A DNA stretch of 64,000 nt. It comes from Pachysolen tannophilus NRRL Y-2460 (Eukaryota). Within the stretch, counting starts at the first letter, position 1; each line of letters begins with the position of its first letter. The notes below the pieces were generated by a model that was not told the origin of the DNA, searched no databases, and saw only the letters and a list, made by a program, of their open reading frames with translations. Positions 20,682 to 30,466 of the stretch are shown piece after piece. A program made the translations under genes and the position numbers. The stretch spans positions 2,034,418-2,098,417 of the forward strand of contig KV454012.1 of assembly GCA_001661245.1 (NCBI GenBank), given 5' to 3'.

Positions 20682-21851
20682 TTAAGTAGAGTCAACTTCT
20701 TTTTCAAGATCGGTCTTAATTTTCTTGTTGGTCAATTTACCAAAGAATTTCAGATACCCATAATCCAGTTGATTGCATGGAGTTTCTAAACCTCTGTATA
20801 TAAATGTATCGTATAAGAATCCTCCTAAAGTTGTTCCGATGAACGGTATTAAAGATGGTACAATCAGATAATTATGACCATATGTCCATAATTCTGAACC
20901 ATACAAGTGAATGCTTGCAGCTGCAACTCTTGGAGCTAAATCTCTTGCCGGATTAATAGCATATCCTGTTTGATAACCATAACAAGCTCCAATACAGAAA
21001 ATTAACATGAATAATGAAAATGGAAATAAAGAAGATTCACTTGGTAAATTATAAGGATCTGTTAAAGCAAAAATCAAAAATTGAAGTAATGTTGATGAAA
21101 CCAATTCACTTGTTATTTGAGATCTCGTTGGTAAATAATCTTGCGCAAAAGTGCAGAAAATACCTGCAGTAGGATGATCACCAGTAACAGTTCTAATATC
21201 TGCACCACCTTCGTAATGATCAAAAGAAGTCTTATAAGTAGCATAAACTAAGAGCCCACCAATGTATCCACCCAACATTTGAGAACCCATATATCCTAAA
21301 GTCTTTGACCATTTAAAATCTCTGTAAACGGCAGAAGCAAATGTAACTGCGGGATTTAAATGACCACCACTAATACCACCACATGTCATATATCCCAACA
21401 TCACAGCACCACCCCAACCAAGTGAAATGTTTGTATAAGTTGAATATTCTTTATCCGATAAAGTACTTTGTGCAACAACACCATCACCAAACATAACCAT
21501 TATCATAGTACCAAAAAATTCGGCAAAATATTCTCTATACTTATACCTAAACCTAGACCATGCATTTAAACAAGCCGGCTCATCTTTTTCTTCTTCATCA
21601 CCAGGGTATTCTAAACCTGTAGCGGGACCCCCATGAATTAATTCTCCCCTATGATATAAAGGTCCACTATGAGTACCATGTAAATCAAGATCCGCTTCTC
21701 CACTACTAGTGGTATTATTGTTATCAAATGGTGTAATACTATTATTATTACGCCTATTCATTATGCCATTGTTTGCATTCTCGCGATGGTCCACGGATGA
21801 TCCTGCAACCTTTGGGTTAGTGTCAAATACGTTCCCGGATGAATTTGACAT
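20682..21851 (-). CDS. Aquaglyceroporin / glycerol facilitator (MIP family, Fps-like)
   Basis: AEFFGT, SGGHLNPAVT and GYAINPARD (NPA/NPARD glycerol-channel signature). 389 aa. Confidence 0.93.
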   Translation of the reverse strand: MSNSSGNVFDTNPKVAGSSVDHRENANNGIMNRRNNNSITPFDNNNTTSSGEADLDLHGTHSGPLYHRGELIHGGPATGLEYPGDEEEKDEPACLNAWSRFRYKYREYFAEFFGTMIMVMFGDGVVAQSTLSDKEYSTYTNISLGWGGAVMLGYMTCGGISGGHLNPAVTFASAVYRDFKWSKTLGYMGSQMLGGYIGGLLVYATYKTSFDHYEGGADIRTVTGDHPTAGIFCTFAQDYLPTRSQITSELVSSTLLQFLIFALTDPYNLPSESSLFPFSLFMLIFCIGACYGYQTGYAINPARDLAPRVAAASIHLYGSELWTYGHNYLIVPSLIPFIGTTLGGFLYDTFIYRGLETPCNQLDYGYLKFFGKLTNKKIKTDLEKEVDST

Positions 21852-23479
21852 TTTTCTTTTTTTTTTTTTGATTTTTTTCCGTAGTAAAATTTTAAACTAG
21901 CTTAGTTAGCAAAAATAAACTAAATTACAAACAGCTAAAAAAACATATATTCAAAAGGAAAAAAAAAAAAAATAAAATAAAATTCTGCTATACTTATAGA
22001 GAATTATAATATAATTTTTTAAAAAAACGAAAATATAAAAAGAAAAAAAACCAAGTGACCACAAATCGTATATTAAATAATAATTTTTAATAAAGAAAAA
22101 ATTATGTGCTTCAAAAAATAAAAAAAAAAAAAAGAATACATAAATTCATATAAACTTAATATAAAAATTAGTATTTGGAGGGTTTTTCCACCCCATTTCT
22201 CTATTTATCTTTTGAATTATTATAATTATGTCCCTACATTTTAAGAAAATCCGATCTCCGAGGCTGCTTCTCTAATACGGAGATTTAGCGGACACAATTT
22301 GATGTTTGCTTGCCCCCCCTTTAGTTATTTATATTTCTCCGACTTTTTTCTTTTTTCTTTTTTTGTTTTTCGCAATTCCCGCTAATTTTACACTTAATTA
22401 CGAATTACGTAAGACTCCCCTCTCGTAAAAAAATTAATCCATAAATTTTTTATTGACTTGAAGCTTTTCATAAGCAAAATCTAAATCTAAGCTACGTTAA
22501 CTTGTTACAAATGATACTATTTATTCCCCTCATTGTTTTCAAATTTCCATACCGGTTGGTATCTTAAAAATAAATTATTTTTCATCATATAGCAACAAGC
22601 AATAGTTAATCCTTGGATCTTAGTATCAACCAGTTAATTCAGTATATTCTTTCTCCTCCCCTTTACCCCAGGAAATATGTCCTGTTCGCTGTTGGAATAG
22701 TTTCGAGAATGGAGAATCAAAAATCGATGATGTAACTATGTACATGACAGGGGTAAGAAAAAAATTAAAAAAAAAAAAAGAAAAAAGGGACAAATTCATC
22801 CTAATGGATTATTTTTAATTGTTTTGAAAATTTAACTAAACTAAATTTATCTCCGATTCTAAGGTCTCTATCATATACACCGAGATTATGATTATGATTT
22901 CTATGTTTTTTTATTTGACTTTAAATCAGTATTATTTATTTAATCCGCTTTTTTTCTTTTTCTTTGTGATTTGTTTTACAATCACCAGGATTTTGTAGAT
23001 CCTTTTTGTATTGTATCAATAATTTGTTTTTGTTTTTGTTAAAAATATAATTAATGGATTAAAAATTCTCCGAAACAATAACCCCATTTCCTTTCCTTGT
23101 TTTTTATAAAACAAGTTTCCCCTCCCACCATTACACCTATTATTAATGTGGGAACAAACCGCCTAAAAAACCAAAATCAGATTTCGAATCTACTAATAAC
23201 TTTTTGGCAGACAAATAAAAAAAAAAAAAAAGCAGCACAACAAAGGTCGTGCTCCACAAGTAGAAAAGTCCGTTTTTAGAGAAAACCGAAAATATAAAGT
23301 AATAAGTCGTGCGCGGAAAGCTCAAACAAAAGTCGTATTAAATTGCAAATAATTTTTTAGTAAAAGAAAAATTGGTAAAGAAAAAGATGAATTTAGTTGT
23401 ACACCAAAAATATATATAATTTGTTTTTTTCTTTTGAGAAGAGAAGAGAAGAGTAACTTCATGAAGTGATTGGATCAAT

Positions 23480-24592
23480 ATGTCAAAAGTTAAATTTGAT
23501 CCTAAAGTATTGCTTGATATAGCATGTTTCTTAGGAGCTAGTATATCTGTGTTTTATTTATTGAATCAATATATAAATGAATCAGCTTCGAGTCCTTTCC
23601 AAAATTTAAGAGACAAGAAAAAATTAAAAGAATCAATAAATAAATTTAAAAAAATTAATCCAAAATTTGATGATTCTAATTTATCAGAACATGAAAAATT
23701 AATATTATCAAATGTTATTACACCACTGGAGATTAGTGTTACATTTGCAGATATTGGTGGATTAGATCCAATAATTGATGAATTAAAAGAAAGTGTTTTA
23801 TTACCTTTAACACATCCTGAAATTTATAATCATTATTCAAATTTATTAAAAGCTCCAAAAGGTGTATTACTTCATGGACCTCCAGGTTGTGGTAAGACAA
23901 TGTTGGCTAAAGCGCTTGCTTGTGAAAGTGGTGCAAATTTCGTGGCGATAAAAATGTCATCAATTTTAGATAAATGGGTTGGTGAATCTAATAAATTAGT
24001 TGATGCAATTTTTTCATTACTGAATAAATTACAACCTTGTATTATTTTTATTGATGAAATTGATTCATTTTTAAGAGATAGAACTTCAAATGATCATGAA
24101 GTTACAGCAATGTTAAAAGCAGAATTCATGCAATTATGGGATGGTTTAAAACCAAATGGAAGAATAATGATATTAGGACTGACTAATAGACCAGATGATA
24201 TTGACACGGCTTTTATGAGAAGATTACCAAAAAGATTTCATATTGATTTACCTGATATAAAACAAAGATTAAAAATTTTAAGTGTTTTATTAAAAGATGT
24301 TGATTTAGATCAAGATTTAAAAATTTCAGATATTGCATTTAAAACAGATGGATTTAGTGGAAGTGATTTAAAAGAACTTTGTAGAAATGCTGCTTTTAAT
24401 GCAACAAGAGAATATATTAAAACTTGGAATTTAACTGAAAGGAGTAAGAATATTGATAATAATAATAATAATTTTGATGAAAATAATGAAAAAGTTGAAT
24501 TAAGACTGTTAAATTTAAAAGATTTTTTCAATGATAATTCTACAAGTGATGATATTGTATTTAAGAAAAATAATTTTAAAGATGGGTTGTAA
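23480..24592 (+). CDS. MSP1: Mitochondrial/peroxisomal outer-membrane AAA dislocase Msp1 (ATAD1)
   Basis: N-terminal TM anchor, Walker A GPPGCGKT, pore loop [11 protein letters not shown], Walker [21 protein letters not shown] and [10 protein letters not shown]. Confidence 0.95.
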   Translation: MSKVKFDPKVLLDIACFLGASISVFYLLNQYINESASSPFQNLRDKKKLKESINKFKKINPKFDDSNLSEHEKLILSNVITPLEISVTFADIGGLDPIIDELKESVLLPLTHPEIYNHYSNLLKAPKGVLLHGPPGCGKTMLAKALACESGANFVAIKMSSILDKWVGESNKLVDAIFSLLNKLQPCIIFIDEIDSFLRDRTSNDHEVTAMLKAEFMQLWDGLKPNGRIMILGLTNRPDDIDTAFMRRLPKRFHIDLPDIKQRLKILSVLLKDVDLDQDLKISDIAFKTDGFSGSDLKELCRNAAFNATREYIKTWNLTERSKNIDNNNNNFDENNEKVELRLLNLKDFFNDNSTSDDIVFKKNNFKDGL

Positions 24593-24730
24593 TTACAAGT
24601 TTTCATTTTTATTGAGTTTTTAATTGGTTTGGTTAATTTTATAATTTAGTAATACAAAAAAATAAAAATTTAAAAACAAATCTCCATAATAATAATAAAT
24701 TATTCTTGTAAAATTTATTAAAAATAAATC

Positions 24731-25405
24731 TCATTTGCAAGTAGACAACATTTGACTTATAACACCTAATAATTGTTCATTTTCACAAGCAGCTGCAACT
24801 CTTTCCTTATCATTTAACTGTTTGTTGACTTGATTTTCTGACTGATGTGTACCTTCTTTAACTAAAATTGTTATTCTAAATCTAGGAGGTAAGCATCTTT
24901 CTAATCTTACTCTTATACCAAGTCCTATTAATGTAGCTAAAGAACAATGAGTTATTGTTGGTGTTATCTTGATTATTACTTCTGATATCTCAGATTTTGC
25001 CTTTTTATTTAAAACTTTAATATCTGCTAAACTTATTACCGCTAACTGACCTAATGTTAATGGATGTTCTGGATCCGATATAGTAGATACAAGATCAAAT
25101 ATTTCTTGAGCATCTATAGGTTCATCTTCATCATTTTCACCCTCACTAGAACTTCCATCCACACTACTAGCCACAGATAAAATTTCAGGATCCGACATAG
25201 AAAGAACATCACCATCTGGATCAACTCTAAACTCTTTCATATCATCATTACCATTAAAAAGCGAAAGAGATAATAAATCTCTTAAATCATCATCTTGGAA
25301 AATCGCCAGAACATTACCACCATTAACCGATTTATCAAACGTAACTCTTGAAGGAAGCTGACTCACATCCAACACAGTTGGATTAGCATTAATAGGATCA
25401 GACAT
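24731..25405 (-). CDS. CIA2: Cytosolic Fe-S assembly targeting component Cia2 (MIP18/FAM96B)
   Basis: Motifs MSDPINANP, ISDPEHPLTLGQL, TPTITHCSLATLIGL and VNKQLNDKERVAAACEN. Confidence 0.96.
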   Translation of the reverse strand: MSDPINANPTVLDVSQLPSRVTFDKSVNGGNVLAIFQDDDLRDLLSLSLFNGNDDMKEFRVDPDGDVLSMSDPEILSVASSVDGSSSEGENDEDEPIDAQEIFDLVSTISDPEHPLTLGQLAVISLADIKVLNKKAKSEISEVIIKITPTITHCSLATLIGLGIRVRLERCLPPRFRITILVKEGTHQSENQVNKQLNDKERVAAACENEQLLGVISQMLSTCK

Positions 25406-25658
25406 TTACCAACACACAAATATATACCAATAAATTAAAAAAAAACAATCTTATCTATAAATCAACATTTGCAATTTTGCTTTCTATTTTATATCTTTTT
25501 TCTTTTGGGTCATTTAATGACCCAAATTTTTTGGTTTTGGTTTATCATCACACGACCAGTTTTTGTTCCATAAATTTCCATTTTTGCTTATCTGATTGAG
25601 TATTGATTGGAATATATTGGTTCTTTTTTTGATTGGAAGTTGAAGAAGTGATTTGGGT

Positions 25659-26518
25659 ATGACTAGAGATCAAGTTGTTTTGATAGGGCTAAGTGGGGCA
25701 TCATCATCAGGTAAAACGGTATGTTTTTTTGTTTTTTGTTTTTTTATAGCTTAAAGTTTTTATGTGCTAACATTTTTTTGGTTTATTATTGTGGTGACGT
25801 TGTACAGACAGTTTCCAAGTACCTTCATAAGTTGATTGGAGAAAATTCAATTCTTGTACACCAAGATGATTTTTATCTTCCGAATGAACAAATTCCATGG
25901 AATGAATCTCATACAGAGCAAAATTGGGATTGTGCAGGTGCTATTGATTTTCCTAAATTTATAGAGACATTGGATAAAATGAAAACAGATTTTAATTATA
26001 AGTATCATGTGGATAGTTTAGAATTAGATGTTGATGATGCAGATTTTAAATTAAGTTCTGAAGAATTTTCTAGGTTGAAGCTGAGTGTTGAAAAAAAATT
26101 AAAGGAATGTTTTCTAAATAAGGGAAATTTTTTCAAAATTTATCTTATTGATGGGTTTTTACTTTACCATAATAGACAGGTGTTGGATAGATTTGATATT
26201 AGATTATTTTATAAAGCATCTTATTCAAATTTAAAAAAAAGGAGAAACCTGAGAGCAGGTTATAATACAGTAGGTGGTTTTTATAAAGATCCACCAAATT
26301 ATTTTGATGATTTTGTTTGGCCAGAATATTATCAAAATCATCGTTTCTTATTTCTGCCTAATCAAAACGAATTTGAAATAAAAGTAAATTCTGGTGATTT
26401 GAATGAGTATGCATTGGAATATTTGAAATTAAAACCTTTTAACAATGATGATGATAGCCATGGAAGTTTAGAAAAATTGCTACAAGAAACAATTGATTAT
26501 ATATTTGATAATATTTAA
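25659..26518 (+). CDS. NRK1: Nicotinamide riboside kinase, 256 aa, one intron
   Basis: Exon 1 25659-25718 (MTRDQVVLIGLSGASSSGKT, P-loop), intron 25719-25807 (GTATGT..TGCTAAC..CAG), exon 2 25808-26518 (HQDDFY, NWDC, IDGFLLY, DPPNYFDDFVWPEY). Confidence 0.93.
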
Positions 26519-26594
26519 TAGAAGATTTATTAATATTTTTTTTTTTTTTGTTTTTCTGTTTTTTCCTTTCTTTATAAATATGATGAAAAAACTA

Positions 26595-29500
26595 TTATTT
26601 TGTCTTTCTTTTCTTAACCAGCTTAGCCACACTTTTCATCTCTTCTTCATAGATGTCATTAGCATTTGTAACATTCTTTTTATCCTTTTTAGCATTGTTT
26701 TTCAAACTAACAACACCACCTTTACCAGAAGCTGCATTTTTAAGAGCTTTCGAATTAGTGTCCCATTCATTATCGTTATCTGCAATGGCATATTTATCCA
26801 AATTAATGGCATTTATTAGCTCTTTTTGCTTTTCTCTCAACTCCAGTAAGGCATCATTTCCCGATTTCTGTAAATCTTCTTCTAATTCTCTATTGATCAG
26901 TTCAACATCATTTACATAAGTCTCCTCCCCATTCAACTCATCAACAACAGCAGATCTTGAAGTATCTTCTGGAAGACTCTTGGAAATTTCTGATTTTAAA
27001 AAATCTTTAAAATAATTCGAAAATTTTCTTATTATTTTAGAAAACATTGCCATTGATTGGTTTGAAGGTAAATTTAATTCTTTCGAAATTTCATCAATAT
27101 CTTTATGCTGAAGACCAACAGCTAACAATATAGCACTTTGAACAGAAGACAATTTAACCGAATCACGAACTTTACCAGAGAAATATAATTGTGATAAATA
27201 TGGAAGTAAATCAACAATTACGTGATAGTCCAATAAGTTATTGGCATAAGATTCTAATCTTTTTAAATCAAATGGTGAAAGATTTTCATCCAACAGTAAT
27301 TTCAATAATTGCCCATTTTGTTTGAAATCTACTCCAGTACTTTCCATCAAGTTTAAAGATTGAATACTTGTAAAATTTCTAAAATTATAAGATAATAATG
27401 AAAGGAATCTCTTGTGAAAATCTTTAGCAAACTCTTCTAACCATTGGCCTTCTCTTCCTTCGAGAATATTCAACATAACACATGTATGTTCACCAGTTAA
27501 ATCATTTGCAGTTTGTCTTAAATAAACAGGTACAAATTTATTGTTCTTCCAAAATTTATGTAATGAATTGGTTAAACCATACGATACACCCAAATAATGC
27601 AAATAATATGGAGATTTTTCTGAAAGCTTCAACAATAATGGTGGTAAAGATTTGGCATCTCTCAATTTAATCTCATCTTTCAATAATCCAGAGCTGTTTT
27701 CCAACTCTTGGTCGCTTACTCTTTTGAGGGAATATTTTGACTCATCATTTTCGTAATTTTCACTTATATTTGTGAATTTTCCTTCAAAATAATCTCTCAA
27801 TAACTCAACAGCTCTAGAACCATAACCCATTCCTACATAGTCTGGATTAGTGGCAATTCTAACAATTCTAGCACCGGATAAGGATGCAAATTCATCGTCT
27901 TGAAACTGTTGTGAAATCAACCATGGAATCAAATCACCACCAGCCCTGATACCTCTACTCAAAGAATGTCTAAGACTTTCTTTAGAAATCTCACCTTCTA
28001 GAGCGATTTGCACAACACATAAAGGATCTGGTATTCTGTTGTCATTTTCATCAATTGGTGGTAATAACACATAAAGTTGATGCGCCGGAGCATCTGACAT
28101 TAATTGCAAGTCATTTGGAGAGTTTTTATAATGTGATGCAACGTATAATGCCATCATTTTCTGTAAGAAAGTTTCTGAAACCGGATGATACGAAAATAAT
28201 GTATCTCTATTAACAAAGAACAAATTACATTTTGAAGGATGAGGACAACCTTTTGCGGCAAACTTCGAGTTCTTTGTCAATGAAACGTCTAAACACAATA
28301 ATTTGTTTAACCATTTTTCAACAGGATCCCCAGGAGCATATCTAATTGGTTCATCTAATACAACTTCTCTTAAAGTTCTACCATGAACCTCAGGTTCTAT
28401 GTTTTGTTTTTTATTTTCATCTCTGGAAACTATAGCGGTTTCACTAAAATTATCACCATTACCAATAGCATTCGATTGATCTCTCAATTGTTGAATTAAT
28501 TTCAATGATAAAGATCTACCAGTTCCTTCATACCCATTGATTGTGGAAGCCATAAAAATCAAATAAGGTCCCAACAACTTTTTAACAACAGGTAATGGAA
28601 TAGCCGCTGCCTCATCAATAATAACTAATTCAGCTTGACCCAAGACATGTGAATCTGTCGGCGAAATGTATTGAATTGTTTGCCTGTGTTCTCTTTTAAT
28701 ATCTACTCTAACAATGGCTTTGTTGAAAGCTGGATTTGTTGATTGAATAATATCATAGTCTAAATGCTCTGTATAACCTAAGACATCAAAACCTTTGAAC
28801 ACAAACTCAAACAAAGTTTTCAAGTTTTCTGGAGAAGGCGAAGTAACAAATATATTTGAATACCCATGTGCTATAGCACCAGCAATGGAAATACCTAAGG
28901 CAGCAGATTTACCTCTTCCTCTGCCTGCAGTTAATGCTACTGTACTTTTCAAATTCTTCTCAGATATGGCATCTATAAAAGTCAAAATAGCCTGTGCCTG
29001 ATTAACAGTCTTAGATAATGCTACCAATGACCCTCCTGGTTGAACAGATTTCAAACTTTCTTTTAAATTTTTTAATTCTTGTTCCTTTGGCGTAATTTCA
29101 TCATCATCCTTTGGAGGTAAAGGTTGAACATTTTTACCTCCAGAGACAGGTAAAACGTTTAACTCATCATCTACAACAAGACAATTTCTGCAAGAAGACA
29201 AAGATAACAAGAATCGTTCATTGAATCTTGCAACAACGTCATTATGTGCTTCAGTTCTATAACGAGAATGTATATCCATGGACATTGTATACAACTGTTT
29301 CAAAGAACTCATTGATTTCAATAGTATAATAACTAAACCACCACCTTCAACCGTTTCGATGGTTCTTGCTAATAAATTTGGAGTTAAAGCTTCAAAATCT
29401 TGTAATATACACATACCATAAGTATTACCCAAAATTTTTTCAGTCTCTTTATAATAGACATATCTAATATGTTGATTTGAGATAAAAGCTTCAAAAGGAT

Positions 29501-29774
29501 CCTGATCATGTACTTCTCTAATACCTCTTTTAATATCTTTCTTAATCTTGGCTTCTCTTTTCTTGCGATGAGAAGTAAAACCTAACAATTTCTTCTTATA
29601 TGCCCATAAGACTGATTTATTCATTTTCAAATTTGCACTCATCATTAAATAATGTAAATTTGGTAATTGATTACGAGCTTTATCGCCCACAATTACGAAA
29701 AAACTCCTCTCTTTCTCCTGAACCCCATTACGAATAAGAGCAGGAATACGAGAATCAATAGCTTTTTTACCCAT
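26595..29774 (-). CDS. KRE33: RNA cytidine acetyltransferase Kre33/NAT10
   Basis: Starts MGKKAIDSRIP. Helicase motifs TAGRGRGKSAALG and IDEAAAIP, STINGYEGTGRSL, and GNAT motif RIVRIATNPDYVGMGYGS. RRPE-like tgaaaatttt upstream. Confidence 0.98.
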   Translation of the reverse strand: MGKKAIDSRIPALIRNGVQEKERSFFVIVGDKARNQLPNLHYLMMSANLKMNKSVLWAYKKKLLGFTSHRKKREAKIKKDIKRGIREVHDQDPFEAFISNQHIRYVYYKETEKILGNTYGMCILQDFEALTPNLLARTIETVEGGGLVIILLKSMSSLKQLYTMSMDIHSRYRTEAHNDVVARFNERFLLSLSSCRNCLVVDDELNVLPVSGGKNVQPLPPKDDDEITPKEQELKNLKESLKSVQPGGSLVALSKTVNQAQAILTFIDAISEKNLKSTVALTAGRGRGKSAALGISIAGAIAHGYSNIFVTSPSPENLKTLFEFVFKGFDVLGYTEHLDYDIIQSTNPAFNKAIVRVDIKREHRQTIQYISPTDSHVLGQAELVIIDEAAAIPLPVVKKLLGPYLIFMASTINGYEGTGRSLSLKLIQQLRDQSNAIGNGDNFSETAIVSRDENKKQNIEPEVHGRTLREVVLDEPIRYAPGDPVEKWLNKLLCLDVSLTKNSKFAAKGCPHPSKCNLFFVNRDTLFSYHPVSETFLQKMMALYVASHYKNSPNDLQLMSDAPAHQLYVLLPPIDENDNRIPDPLCVVQIALEGEISKESLRHSLSRGIRAGGDLIPWLISQQFQDDEFASLSGARIVRIATNPDYVGMGYGSRAVELLRDYFEGKFTNISENYENDESKYSLKRVSDQELENSSGLLKDEIKLRDAKSLPPLLLKLSEKSPYYLHYLGVSYGLTNSLHKFWKNNKFVPVYLRQTANDLTGEHTCVMLNILEGREGQWLEEFAKDFHKRFLSLLSYNFRNFTSIQSLNLMESTGVDFKQNGQLLKLLLDENLSPFDLKRLESYANNLLDYHVIVDLLPYLSQLYFSGKVRDSVKLSSVQSAILLAVGLQHKDIDEISKELNLPSNQSMAMFSKIIRKFSNYFKDFLKSEISKSLPEDTSRSAVVDELNGEETYVNDVELINRELEEDLQKSGNDALLELREKQKELINAINLDKYAIADNDNEWDTNSKALKNAASGKGGVVSLKNNAKKDKKNVTNANDIYEEEMKSVAKLVKKRKTK

Positions 29775-30466
29775 GCTGACGATTTAGTCTAATTACAAGC
29801 TATAGTTTTAAAAAAACTCTCTTCTCTTCTCTTCTGTTACCAAGAGCTGAAAATTTTATAAAATTTATTAAAAAAATTTTTAGTTTCCTCTTTGGGAACT
29901 GTGTGGCTAAGTTTTTTAGTAAATCCAAATTCGGAATTTAGTGGCTAGTGAATTTTTGAATAATACCATTTTCAAGTTCATTAACTTCATTTACAAACTC
30001 TACAAGATATAAAGATATCATTATTTTCTTTCCTAAATCTATCAAATCATCTTAAATTTATATTTTCTTAAATACAAAACAAATAAACAAAAACCATGCC
30101 GTTGAGGATGCAAAATTAAAATCAGCTAAATACTTTTTTTTTTCTTCTTCTTCTTCTTCTTCTTCTTCTCTCTTCTTCTCTCTCCCTCTCTTTCTATTTT
30201 AGTATACCTTAATATATCTTGATAACACACAGACCCAAATGAAACAATGATTATCTCCGTTCTAAAATTGAGATAATTAATAAAGTAAGCAAAAAGCAAA
30301 GTCATAAAAAACAAATCAAAAAAAAAAAAAAAAAAAATTAAATCATCAAGAGGTAACTTTTTCTCTTTGTGCAAAACATTTTTGGGGGAACAGTTGATGT
30401 ATCCTCCCAAAATAACAATAATAATAATATAAAATACGTAAAAAAAAAAACAAGTCCAAATAACGT

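Noticed and set aside
25721..25807. ORF-track start of NRK1 (MFFCFLFF...)
   Set aside because: The ATG is part of the GTATGT donor and the region is intron. The real exon 1 with the P-loop is 25659-25718.
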